Positions 1 through 36,096 of a stretch of DNA of 64,000 bases are shown here, piece after piece (the first letter of the stretch is position 1; each line of letters begins with the position of its first letter). Made by a program: the position numbers and the translations under genes. The DNA comes from Hormiphora californensis (lineage: Eukaryota; Animalia; Ctenophora). The notes under the pieces are model-generated. The model did not search any database and was not told the DNA's origin. It was given only the letters and a program-made list of their open reading frames with translations. The stretch lies in the NCBI GenBank assembly GCA_020137815.1, contig CM035361.1:62001-126000 (forward strand). Reading direction: 5' to 3'.

Positions 1-428
1 TTCTCAGTCTCTGGCTTCTAATCTTCTCAGTTACACGAGGAATATCTTGGAAAACCACGGCATTTGACACTCTGTCCGCGCACCTGATGTTCAGTGCTGC
101 CCTCAACATCCTCGAGTAACACCCATCAATCTTCTTGCCTAGGCTCTTGGTTATAGTCCACGTTTCAGATCCGTAGAGAAAGATAGTCTCGACAGTGGAT
201 CTGAATAACCTCACCTTCATCTTCCTAGACATCTTAGACTTCCAGACTCTGTTCATCCTATTAAGGGCACTCCATGCCTTAGCCTTCCTAACTTCGAAAT
301 CTTTCACACTGTTTGCAATCCATGATCCCAGGTATACAAAGTCATCCACTTCATCCAGCAACTGTCCATCAGATGCTCTGATACCGTTGTGATCTGGACC
401 AATGCTGTTAGCCATGTACTTCGTCTTA
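1..428 (-). mobile_element. RTE-clade LINE reverse transcriptase fragment, 5'-truncated, runs off the window edge
   Basis: The reverse complement is near-identical to 60002-60429 of the RTE copy and encodes ...VDDFVYLGSWI...KAKAWSALN...GSETWT... Confidence 0.9.
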
Positions 429-1321
429 TAGTCTAATATAGTCTAATATTATATATAGTCTAATATTATATTAATAATACGGATTTAATGGGTGAATTTG
501 GAGCAAGTAAATAATAAATTACTGCAAATTCGCCGGTTGCTAGGGTAACAAACTCCGTTGCTATAGCAACCCCAGGGAATTGCATTGAGTGGGAATCAAC
601 CACGAACATGATTTATTAGACTGGATCCCCATAATAGAAATTTCAGGCCTTGTATAGACTAGCAAACACGACATGCAGTTCACACACTGAATATGGTGTG
701 TCGCGGTCACGTGATTGAATGCGCGCATTGTGATTGATGTAGAAGCCACTAGTCCAAATTGCCTCGTGTCTCGCGATCGAAATTGTTCCGACTTACCTTT
801 ATTAACAAGGTTAATTAGCTATCTAAAAGTTATGCTTTCGGTGTAAATTTGTTGAGGCTCTAGATAAAGGTTCAGTTGCACAAATTGAGTAGCTAACTAA
901 TTGATTAAGTAAATAAATGGCTCTTGAAATACCAGTTGAATGCCAAAAGTGGTCCAAATTACCCCGGTATACCCTAATGAAAATGTGTGTAAACACACAG
1001 TTCTGTCAACAAAAGAGAAGGGAAACATGTTTGCAACCCTAATCAATGTTATCTCTCTCATAAAGAGTCAAAAGAATCGCATTCCTATCTTTTCTCTCTC
1101 CCGTTACATTGTCTCTCTTACTGTTGATATCTCTCACTGTGTGTATTGGCCCTAATCTGTTGATGGGATCCCATTAATGGGATGCCATTCAGTTAAGGTT
1201 CCCCTAAGGGGGAAACTCTAACTGAATGGCATCCCCATTGACAGGGCTCATGCCTCATCAAGATTACCCATTCTTTTTCCATTGTATGTAACTCGTATGA
1301 CGTTTGTATTTGCAACTGTAA

Positions 1322-1925
1322 GGCTATAAGCATACTGATCGTGATGATCATAATCAGTTAAAAAGATGAAGTGTGCTCATGGTTTTGATCATCATCATCT
1401 GCAAAAAACTACAGTGTGCGGAACATTATGATCATCACGTAAGAGCTGGCCCTGGAGCCGTCTCTTAAGTTGGATGATGATCATCAACACCTAGTGTGCG
1501 CAGGTTTTGATCTTATTCTTGTGGAGGGCTGCACTGTAGTCATGTGATATGTACCACGTGGTACGACTTCGCGCGCGCGAGAGGCTGTTGTACAGGTCAC
1601 GTGATATGCAACAGCCTCTCAGAGCGCGCGACTAGGCAAGGGGGAGCTCCCGGGAGATAGCATCATCATGCTGAGCACACTGGTCATGATGATCATGATC
1701 AAAAGGCAAGTTCCAGCAAGTTGAGCATGGTTTATGATGATCAAACGTGAGCACACTATGGTTCATGATGATCAAACGTGAACACACTATGGTTTGAGAA
1801 CATCATGATGCATCAAGCCTCCATCATGATGATAACCATCAGTGTGTGCGCTCCTTTGATGGTGACCATCAAAACGTCCGCACACTGACCTGATTATGAT
1901 CATCACGATCAGTATGCTTATAGCC
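1322..1925. mobile_element. MITE, PIF/Harbinger-like
   Basis: TIR GGCTATAAGCATACTGATCGTGATGATCATAATCAG / CTGATTATGATCATCACGATCAGTATGCTTATAGCC, flanked by TAA on both sides; interior rich in TGATCA motifs. Confidence 0.8.
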
Positions 1926-1928
1926 TAA

Positions 1929-2219
1929 GGGGAAACTCTAACTGAATGGCATCCCATTAATGGGATCCCATCAACAGTAAAACTCTAACTGATAATGGAC
2001 CACAGTGATGGTTCTTTCTCTGTATTCTCTCTGTGTGCGCGCCCGTGCCCGGGCATGCCCTATAGTTCTTTCTCTGTATTCTCTCTGTAGGCAGTACATA
2101 TAGGTGTACTGCCTACAGAGAGAATACAGAGAAAGAACCATCACTGTGGTCCATTATCAGTTAGAGTTTTACTGTTGATGGGATCCCATTAATGGGATGC
2201 CATTCAGTTAGAGTTTCCC
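1929..2219. mobile_element. Fold-back MITE of the GGGAAACTCTAACTGAATGGCATCCC family
   Basis: ~100 bp TIRs; other copies at 1157-1240 (partial), 3042-3302, 37203-37560 and 41845-42190. Confidence 0.85.
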
Positions 2220-2932
2220 ACACAAGAAACAAGTTGTTCCTTGACAGTTGACTTGTCCGTTGTCCTTTGTCCTTACTTGTCATTAATCATTTGAATTTCA
2301 AGTTAGTTTGTACCAGTCTGTGCAATCTGTTATTTGGGATTTCACGTGTAAAGGGTGATATCGGATTGTCAAAATCAAGTAAAAGCGGTGAAAATTTTCA
2401 GGGGGGCTTCGCCCCCACGTCCTCCACCAGCGCCCTGCTTGCGGGGGCTCTGCCCCATACGCCCCTGGCCCGGACCAGTAAGGTGGAAGGCCGAAGGCCA
2501 CGAGCCGCCCCTGCTATTTGCCAACACTCACTAGTGTGTTTCACCTTGTTTTGTCTCTCATCAGTGTGTAATTGCTATCGGGGTTTATAAACTATGAACG
2601 TTTGTTAGCTTATCGTGTTATAGGTTTAAATATCCTCCCCCTCGGCTGGCGCCTCGGGATCGGCGTGGTGATTTAAACCAGTTTAATCGCCCTATAACAT
2701 ATGTATAATAATAGCTACTAATGATACCAAACCTACTCAGGAAGTATACGAGGTTGCTAAGAGTGATGGGCATGTTTTGTCGACTCGACCACTCAGTGCA
2801 GTTTTTCACAACGACTTGGACGCGTGTAATAAAAACTGATAAACATTAATAATATTTAGTTGTGACTAAGTTGGTGACATTTTGTAGGCAATAGCCAATA
2901 CAAGATATGGGGGATCGACGTCAGACTTTTAA

Positions 2933-3667
2933 AGTGAGAGTGGACAGTATCAGAATTGGACAAGTTTGTTGGAGGTTGTAGAGATTAGTTTTATGAGCAT
3001 TTTGCCTTGTTGCCGCTCAAAATCGACCCATCCATCACTGAGGGGAAACTCTAACTGAATGGCATCCCATTAATGGGATCCCATCAACAGTAAAACTCTA
3101 ACTGATATTGATAATGGACCACACTGATTGTTCTTTATCTGTATTCTCTCTGTGTGCGCGCCCGCGCCGCGCCCGGGCATGCCCAATGTACTGCCTACAG
3201 AGAGAATACAGATAAAGAACCATCACTGTGGTCCATTATCAGTTAGAGTTTTACTGTTAATGGGATCCCATTAATGGGATGCCATTCAGTTAGAGTTTTC
3301 CCTGAGATATTTTTGTTACTCTCGGGGAATTCCTGTTTAATAAGTATGTATAAAACAGAATAGAAACAATCGTCGTGTTTTACTAACACATTCTGAATAT
3401 AAGCAGTGAGGTTGACATGTCCATGCACAGAAGTAGAGCAACAATGCAAGTCAGCATACTAAAAATTTAAAGAATGTGTTAGTAAAACACAAGGTTTGTT
3501 TCTATCCTGTTTGATAAATATTGATCCAGCAGGAATTCCCCGAGAGTAAAAAAATATATCAGTGATAGATGGGTCGATTTTGAGCGGCAAAAAGGCAAAA
3601 AGCTCATAGAACTAATCTCTACAACCTCCAACAAACTTGTCCAATTCTGATTCTGTCCACTCTCACT
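2933..3667. mobile_element. TTAA-targeting MITE with AG termini (Kolobok-like), containing a nested MITE at ~3042-3302
   Basis: TTAA|AGTGAGAGTGGACAG...CTGTCCACTCTCACT|TTAA; long inverted arms. Confidence 0.8.
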
Positions 3668-4916
3668 TTAAGCTTTATCTTCAATCATTTAGCCGTTATT
3701 TAGCTTTAAAGGTGTTCAAAATCGGGCTCAGCTAGAACTCGAGATTTATTTAAATTTGAATATTTCATAAATATGCGAATAACGCCGTAATTACCGTTTG
3801 AGATTTTGGTCTCAAGCAAGACCCCCTTCCCCCCCCCCCCCCCCCCAAATTCGACCATTCCGCGTTGAATATGACCAGTTTCAACCTTCCAGCCTTATAC
3901 TATCGCAACCATGGTTAAATAAACAAGGGTCAGCACACATCTACGGCAAAAATTAAAACTTTAAACCCAGACACCCATGAGCGGCTGATAAAAATTATCC
4001 TCCCTATTCTCACAGTAACAATCTCGCGTGCCATTTTGACGCTGTTAAAATGTATCGTTGGATAACTAAATATCGCGTTGGATGACTTTCAGAGGGGAAC
4101 CTCTGCCGAAAAAACAACTACTCGATATGGGACCCACGTGTATACGGGCAGTTCTGTGTCATTAAACGGCCACCCACGCCTATAATATTTTGGTGGCGCC
4201 GTCACCTCTCTAGAGAGGCCCGCTACGCAGGCTTCGTTAATCGTTTTGGCGCACTACGCACGCGAGTTGCAAGGGTGACTGTGTCACCAAGCCTATAGGG
4301 TAGCGACTGGCTATTTCAAATGGCGGCTAATTTGAAACACCCCCTCTACAGGCCAGCAGATGCACCAAATTTGGATTTTTAGACATCAGTGGGCTATTCA
4401 GAACTCATATCATGCCAAGTGTACTGATGTCTAAAATCCAAATCTGGTGTACCTTACTTACTTACTTACTTAAGGCGGCTTCATTGTCCGAGCAGTCAGT
4501 TCGGTCCGCCATAGCACACGATCTTCCATAAGCTTCTTGATGTCCATGTCGCCGTCATCGGATAGGCCAGTATCCTCCCTGAGCTGGTTTATATAGGTTT
4601 TCTTGGGCCTACCCCGGCCTCTGGAGCCCCTATCTGGTTCCCAGAACAGCAGTTGGTGAGCTGTTAGCTCCTCGTGCCTTTGTACGTGTCCAGCCAGCCT
4701 AAGTCTACGTGTCCTCACAGTCTCAGAAACTCTGGGGACATTTTGGAAAACTTCCTCATTAGAGACCTTATCCCACCAGCTGATACCGAGCGCCATTCGT
4801 AGCATCCTACTATAACAACCATCCAATTGTTTCTCCATAGTAGATGTGAGCGTCCAGGTTTCGGCGCCGTAAAATAAAATGGTACGGAACAGGTTTACGG
4901 AACAGGTTTACCTTAA

Positions 4917-7025
4917 AGTGAGAGAGAACAGCCCCGATTTTGATGAAACTTGGTCAGAATAGTGTTTGGTGTCTAATTAGGAGTCAAAAAAATTTTTAGT
5001 GCTCAAATCCTAAATTTAGGATTTTTAGGTTTTTTAGGTTTTTCGGCTTTTATGGGTTTCAGGAACGTTCTAGAACAAAATGAATAAAACCACCTTTCTC
5101 GGCATTAAATTCTGCATCGATTATAGTGGTTATGAACCTTTCTATGACGTAAGGTTCAGAAGTTATCGCGAAAAAGCCCAAACGGGTACATGTGTTAGGG
5201 GCGGGTTCATGTTTTAGGCTTGGTGATGCCATCACCTCTCTGCGCGGGCTTCGTTTTCGCGCGCTACGCGCGCGAGTTGTAAGGGTGACTGCGTCACCAA
5301 GTTTTAGGCTAACCGGCGAACCTCTTGTCAGAACGAATCTATCGGTTATCCCATACTTTCGGGATCCCATACTCCTAATTAGAAGAAAGTATGGGATCTC
5401 GGACAATTGCCGTATTCCTTGTTGAGTAAGGGGGAAGACTCTTCCCCCTTACTCAACAACGTATTCCCATACTTTCGAGATCCCATACTTTCGAAGTCCC
5501 ATACTTTTCGGGTGGGGTTCACAAGATGCTAATCCAATCAATAAAACGCCAAACGGTGTTTTGTATCGCTAAATTGGGTAATAATTTAAACCGAGTTATG
5601 TGTGCATTCGTACCGTTTCACTATTTACGTTGCACATACACGGTGTGATTATAATTTCGTGATCAGACTAGATGCTGAATGATTCAGCATCTGATCACGA
5701 AATTCTAATCACTGAATCAGTGAATGCTGATCAGATGGTAAATGAACTCGGCCGAGTTCATTTACCATCCGAGCTCGGATCACTTATGGAGTGCGATTAC
5801 TCAAGTCTCAAACAGGGTACCAGTCAATGAAGCTTTTGATAGGCTGATCACTGATCAGATGGTAAATGAACCATGATTACTTGAGGAGTGCGATTACTAG
5901 GGAGCTAGGATATGAACGGTATATATGGTGATTGATTTCGTCACAATATTATCCATCAATGATGGACACGGTTGTATTGTCTTCTACTCATTAAGCCCCC
6001 TAGTAAGGGAGAAACCTTCACCGAAACTCTACCCGAATCGTGTCTCATATTCGTCTCACACTGCTAATATGCTTCTCTGAATCATGTGTATTATCATGTG
6101 TATTATCCAATCAATGATGGACACGGTTGTGTTGTCTTCTACTCATTAAGCCCCCTAGTAAGGGAGAAACCTTCACCGAAACTCTACCCGAATCGTGTCT
6201 CATTATATCGTCTCACACTGCTAATATGCTTCTCTGAATCATGTGTTTCATACCCCGAATAATATGTCTCACACTGCTATTAGCAGTGCTAATAGGGCAT
6301 CCCAGATTCGTATCACATACATAATTAGAAAGTATGGGATCTCGGACAATTGTCGTGGTCCCATACTTCCGAGATCCCATACTTTCTCTCTCTAATTGGG
6401 AGTATGGGATCCCGAAAGTATGGGACTAGGGTGATCACCGTCAGAACACCATGTTATAGGGTGTCAATCGACGCGTATTGATAAGGAGATCATTTTAGTA
6501 AAAATTATTTTGTTCTGCGATGTCTGTGTAACGAATGCAACCTAAAAAACCTTACTGAATGAAGCATACCCGTTTGGTTAAAACATGTGGTAAGGTTTTT
6601 TAGGTTTCATTCGTTACACAGACATCGCAGATCAAAATAATTTTCATTAAAATGATCTCCTTATCAATACGCGTCGATTGACACCCTATAACATGGTGTT
6701 CTGACAAGAGGTTCGCCGGTTAGCCTAAAACATGAACCCGCCCCTAACACATGTACCCGTTTGGGCTTTTTCGCGATAACTTCTGAACCTTACGTCATAG
6801 AAAGGTTTATAACCACTATAATCGATGCAGAATTTAACGCCGAGAAAGATGGTTTTATTCATTTTGTTCTAGAACGTTCCTGAAACCCATAAAAGCCGAA
6901 AAACCTAAAAAACCTAAAAATCCTAAATTTAGGATTTGAGCACTAAAAAATTTTTTGACTTCTAATTAGACACCAAACACTATTCTGACCAAGTTTCATC
7001 AAAATCGGGGCTGTTCTCTTTCACT
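4917..7025. mobile_element. Kolobok-like long-TIR MITE with further nested MITEs (~5219-5301 and ~5335-6439)
   Basis: TTAA TSD at 4913-4916 and 7026-7029; AGTG...CACT termini; >400 bp inverted arms. Confidence 0.85.
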
Positions 7026-8023
7026 TTAATGCTCCTTCTTAGGTCAGTTTTCCATATCCCTTTGAGCCTGTGACAGGCTGCCCAGGCTTTAGCCTTGATC
7101 CTAATGTTAAAATCCTTCTCCGTCGATTTAAGGTGGGCCCCAAGGTAGACGAAATCGTCCACCTGCTCTAGATGATTTCCCGAAGAGCTAACAAGGGAAG
7201 GATTCTCTAAGCCGGTAGCCATAAACTTGGTCTTCCCTTCATTCAAGTGGAGACCTACTGCCGCTGCTGCCGTTTCCAGACTTTCCAAGAATTCCTGTGC
7301 CTGTTCGATCGTGTCCGAAAGGAGTGACAGGTCATCAGCGTAGTCGGTGTCAGTGATTTTCACTTCAGGATGACGCCTACTCTTCCTCTTCCTGAGGGTA
7401 AATCCAACGTCCCTACCAGCCAGAGCCTCTCTCATGACATAGTCAATAGCTATAATGAACAGATATGGAGCTAAGGTGTCCCCCTGTAATACGCCAGCCA
7501 GAATTAATATAGCCTCCGTGAGTCCATCCTCCGTTTTGATCCGGGCCATGGTGTCCTGATAAGAACATTCCATAAGACGGACTAATTTGTCAGGTATAAC
7601 GTAGGCTCTCAGAATGCGCATGAGAATACCCCTGTGCAAGGAGTCAAGGGCACGCCGAAAGTCTATAAATAGGATAACAGAAGTTAATTTCCTTTCTGTT
7701 ACCCCCTCCAACAACCGCCGGAGGGCCAGAATGTGGCTGGTAGTAGACCTCCCTGGTCGGAATCCATTCTGGTTATCCCTCAGAATAGGCTCAATATGAG
7801 GTAGTAGGCGGTTGAGGATCATCTTATTGAGAGTTTTTAGAGCAACGGAGGTTAAAGAGATTCCCCTATAGTTGCTAGTTTTAGTGAGGTCCCCCTTTTT
7901 AGGAACTGGGACTATAAGAAGGCTCCTCCATTGTTCAGGGAAACTACCATATTCCAGTGCATCGTTGAAGAACTCTAAGACAATGTCATCAACACCTCCC
8001 CGTTTCAGGACCTCCGGTGCCAG

Positions 8024-8415
8024 GCTTTTAATGCATAGCCATCAGCAGGCAACTGTAATTCACAAAGTGAAACGTTCATCTAATCGCTTGGCAATCTCGC
8101 CCCCTAATTTGCCAACTTGTTTATTAGTGATGGGTGTTTACATCGCTCTCACGGCGAAGTATCGATACATGTGCTAGTGATGCGAAGAGTGCAGCTGAGC
8201 CAAGACTATCCGACCGTGAGAGTGGAGTAAATGCCCCCACACGCACAATGACTGACCGACATCGGCTCTTAATACAAGTCTCCAGACAGACCCACAATTA
8301 CACCCGACCAGACGCCGACGGAGTCATAGTAGTCCCTTCTACTACCGCACAGCTGCTACTCGATAGCATTGCTCCCGGACGACTCAGCGATCCAAACCAA
8401 ACCAAACCAAACCAA
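8024..8415 (+). mobile_element. Retroposed non-coding insert (SINE or LINE 3' end) with a (CCAAA)n tail
   Basis: 14-bp TSD ACCTCCGGTGCCAG at 8010-8023 and 8416-8429; CCAAA repeats at ~8392-8416. Confidence 0.8.
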
Positions 8416-9444
8416 ACCTCCGGTGCCAGACCGTCATCCCCAGGCGCCTTACCCTCCTTAATGGACCTCCTAGCTGCAGTATACTCATCCTGGCTGAACG
8501 AATCTGTAGATATAGGGAGCTCCTCACATACTGTGTTAATGACAAGGTCCTCATCAGGAACACTAGGCGGTTCACCGAGTATCCCATAAAAGTGTTTCCT
8601 CCAAGACTCCAGCCTCCCCTCAACGCTACCGCCTTCTACCAAGCCACCACCATTTCCTTTAGTGTCCCCAGTAACATCTCTAATGAGGTCTCACGCCACC
8701 TTATTTTTCCTCTCATCATTAGCAGTTTCTACCCGACGTATCTTCTGAGAAATAAGTTCTTCAGTGACTAAGGCATGCGTTTCCTTTAAGAGTTCTCTCC
8801 TCTCGCTAACCTCGATTCTATTATTCTCAGTGGGATGGTGTACCTGCTGGCCTGTAAAGGGGGTGTTTCAAACTAGCCGCCATTTCAAATAGCCAGTCGC
8901 TACCCTATTATAGGCAAGTAGAAATTCCGCTATGCATCTCTGGAAGCTGATACTTTATTTATAGCTCATGATGACGTTAAACGTCGTATTATCTTTCCTG
9001 AAAAAAATCTCCGAGTCGTCTACAGTCCTAATAATAAACACTTTTTTATTGTATCAGAACTATGCGACTCAAAAACAGCCGATTGGTCAACTTATTGATC
9101 CAGATTTGTAAGCTAGCCTACAACTCTGGCTCATAGAAATGTGATCTGCATGATTAGGTGATATTCTATGAGCCAGAGTTGCATGAGCCAGAGTTGTAAG
9201 TAATCACACCAACACTATCCCTACGTGTGGGGGACGGTGGAGGGGAATGATAATAATAAAGGCTGGCTGTCGGCTGCCGACCTTTGCTGGGGCAGTAAAA
9301 TGGGAGGAATGACGGGACGTGCTAAACACACACAAACACACTGTTATAGTAGACAGTTGGGTGATCGGATAACTGTTTATTAGCCTCATGTTTGATTGTC
9401 AGAGTTTTTGTTATTCTCTCTGGGCTGAACGAATGAAACAGACG

Positions 9445-9495
9445 GGTATAATTGTCGCAACAAGTTTCGAGGATCTACCTCTTCATCAGGTTACA
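9445..9495 (-). ncRNA. Hammerhead-ribozyme-like core in the Penelope pLTR
   Basis: CUGAUGA-(A)GAGG UAGAU CCUC-GAAAC-UUGU UGCG ACAA; stem I and the cleavage triplet are imperfect. Confidence 0.55.
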
Positions 9496-9866
9496 TAGTG
9501 TTAATTATAAATATATAGTAAATCACACACGTCAATCAACATAAAATTATAAATCAGCACTTTAATTATAAACTAAACACTGTTATACAGAGGAGCAAGT
9601 CTCATATGATCAATACAGAGTGAACTGAAGTTACCGTTACAATACAACAGGTGAGATGAAGTGATAAACAAATAGGGCGTGCATGAGGTGATACACAAGG
9701 ACTATCACAAATTATTACAAACTACTACGCACACAAACACACGAACCCACTAAACAACAACAACAGCAACTAAATAGTAAATTAAATATCTCGTAAGTTC
9801 GGAACATTCCTCTTTATTGTTCATACCAGGTCTCAGTTTCTGTATATACATGGCCTCTAAAATGTT

Positions 9867-10567
9867 CAATTAATATGTCGTGATTACTGTTTAATAGCCC
9901 AACTGGTCATTCCGAAAAATCAGATACAAACACATTAATGTGCCGCACTGTATATGAGTTACTCCAACCCTCCAGTTTCAATGCTTGTTTAACGAAGGAA
10001 GTAACCAAGCGATCCACTGGATTCGATATATCTAGGCGCATATCATATTGCCACAGTACTGATGTATTAGCACTATCTTTATATCGGATATCTCGAACAG
10101 CAACAATCCTTGTATTTAAACAGGGTTCTTGCTTTCTAACCAGTTAGGCGTATTAAACAGGGCACATGTTATCTGCAGCGCTCACATATCATGATAATGA
10201 ACTACATTAACCGTAGTATTATGCACTATGCTGCAGGGACATCACACACACACACATCACCCACACACATGATATTGATCAAGCCTGAACAACAGGTTAT
10301 TGAATCAATCGACCGTTCAACGGTACGAGGTGCCATCACTGATTCGTGCAGTTGATCCGAGGATCACGAATTCAATTAATATGTCGTGATTACTGTTTAA
10401 TAGCCCAACTGGTCATTCCGAAAAATCAAATACAAACACATTAATGTGCCGCACTGTATATGAGTTACTCCAACCCTCCAGTTTCAATGCTTGTTTAACG
10501 AAGGAAGTAACCAAGCGATCCACTGGATTCGATATATCTAGGCGCATATCATATTGCCACAGTACTG
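9867..10567. mobile_element. ~700 bp non-coding element with ~200 bp direct terminal repeats (TRIM-like), inserted in the Penelope ORF
   Basis: 9865-10065 is approximately equal to 10371-10571; ATGTT is duplicated at 9862-9866 and 10568-10572. Confidence 0.7.
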
Positions 10568-11504
10568 ATGTTCCTCTTTAAAATGTTTCTCTCGGTGGTT
10601 AATATCTTAAAACTGAGTTCAGGGGGTGTGTTTTTAAGACGTGATGTGTAATGAATGGCTAGAGGGGTATCAATGTAACTCGGTGTATTAGGATTGTTAT
10701 CATTACGGGAATGTTCTGACAATCTGTCGTGCACCGACCTGCAAGACTCTCCCACATAGATTTCACTACACAATAAACATGTTATCTGGTACACTGGTGA
10801 CATAGTGTTACACGAGCCCTTCTCGAGTCGTTCACAAATATTACAATTTCTCGCAAGGCACTCTAGATTGTCGTGAGGTCGTGAGCTACATAGCATGTCT
10901 CTCAAGCGGGTGCCTGGGGTGAAGACTATATCGATCGGCAGAGCTCTGGCGGTGATAAACTTACGTATTTCACCACTCACAGTTTCAGAAACATACGGTA
11001 ATTTCAACATCACATTGTTACTACCCTTTGTCAACCTACCCCGGGTTCTCTGTTCTCCAAATTGTCTGGGGTGTTCATACCCATTAGCTAAAAGTAAAAG
11101 AAGTTTGTCAGTAATGGCTAAGGACTTACAATAATTCCGGGTTAGATTATGAAATCTCTGCAGTTCTGTAGAAGTTGCGTACTGTCTGCACTTTTGTTTC
11201 CAGAGGATGGTGAGACCAGAAGTGCAGGGTGATGTCTTTTCTCGTACCTTTTCGATAGAAGTTAGATTCCAGCTTATCATCAGTAATTCGAATCTCAGTG
11301 CCAAGGAATGTTGTAAAATCTCTGTCCTCAGGAAAATCCACCTCCTTCAGTTCACTCTGTATTGATCATATATATGAGACTTGCTCCTCTGTACAGTATT
11401 TAGTTTATTATTAAAGTGCTGATTTTGATTTTATGTTGATTGACGTGTGTGATTTACTATATATTTATAATTAACACTATGTTTTTTGTAGCCTGATGAA
11501 GAGG

Positions 11505-11586
11505 CTGTCAGGCCAATGCTCTGACCACAGTTCTCGCGCTCCTTATTAGAGGGAAACGAGAATGGGTCAGGCCAATGCTCTGACAG
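11505..11586. mobile_element. 82-bp MITE with an 8-bp TSD (hAT-like TSD length)
   Basis: TIR CTGTCAG/CTGACAG; TSD TGAAGAGG at 11497-11504 and 11587-11594; a related copy starts at 63914. Confidence 0.85.
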
Positions 11587-12078
11587 TGAAGAGGTAGATC
11601 CTCGAAACTTGTTGCGACAATTATACCCGTCTGTTTCATTCGTTCAGCCCAGAGAAAATAATAAAAACTCTGAAACACTGTTATAAGTAACATTAATTTC
11701 AATTCAAATAGCCCTGTACATTATTGTATACAGTTTTTCGCCCATCAAGAGGCAAAATAATCGCATTCCATTATTTTCTCTCACTCTCATTCTCTCTTTT
11801 TATACTGTTCGGTATCTCTCACTTTGTGTATTGGCCCTAATCTTGCGTTCTTTCTTAAATTTGTTAGGCCTAATTAGAAACGGTTGTCAGTTAGTCTACA
11901 CACAGTTTGGGGACTATTTGCCTGCACTCCTAGTGTTTTTCACCTTGTGTTGTCTCTCTTATTAGTGCGTAATTGCTATCGGGCTTTATAAACCATGAAC
12001 GTTTGTTAGCTTATCGCGTTATAGGTTTAAATCCGGGCGATGTAAATCCAGTTGGCTGGGAACAGCCAACTGTCTAAC

Positions 12079-35905
<23,827 letters not shown>

Positions 35906-35920
35906 TGACTTCTACAACTG

Positions 35921-36056
35921 TCAGAGTTTTTGTTATTCTCTCTGTGGCTGAACAAATGAACCAGACGGGTTCATTTGTTCAGCCACAGAGAGAATAACAA
36001 AAACTCTGACTATCAAACATGAGGCTAATAAACAGTTATCCGATCACCCAACTGTC
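35921..36056. mobile_element. Penelope pLTR micro-insertion forming a hairpin, 15 bp upstream of the BMP ATG
   Basis: Matches 9352-9445; 14-bp TSD GACTTCTACAACTG at 35907-35920 and 36057-36070; mirrored in the right palindrome arm. Confidence 0.85.
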
Positions 36057-36096
36057 GACTTCTACAACTGTATATATTGTATATGAATTTTATTTA

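Larger units (their letters stand above)
4455..8835 (-). mobile_element. 5'-truncated RTE-clade LINE (RT domain), disrupted by insertions at 4917-7025 and 8024-8415
   Basis: ORFs 8298-8642, 6980-7822 (QNGFRPGRST, GVLQGDTLAP, YADD) and 4470-4838 (RRLRLAGH, RGRP) join up once the inserts are removed; (TAAG)n tail at 4455-4473; 10-bp TSD TGGTGTACCT. Confidence 0.92.
4296..8907. mobile_element. Small MITE (TAGGGTAGCGACTGGCTATTT...AAATAGCCAGTCGCTACCCTA) split by the RTE insertion
   Basis: Left part 4296-4454 and right part 8836-8907 are inverted repeats; TGGTGTACCT is duplicated at 4445-4454 and 8836-8845. Confidence 0.75.
9352..11673 (-). mobile_element. Penelope-like retroelement, 5'-truncated with an inverted pseudo-LTR
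   Basis: ORFs 11147-11341 and 10549-11304 contain FYRK.T, HHP, LPY and the GIY-YIG motif (VYQITCLLCSEIYVGES); the C-terminus ILEAMYIQKLRPGMNNKEE resumes at 9790-9865; 11346-11673 is an inverted copy of ~9398-9630. Confidence 0.9.
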
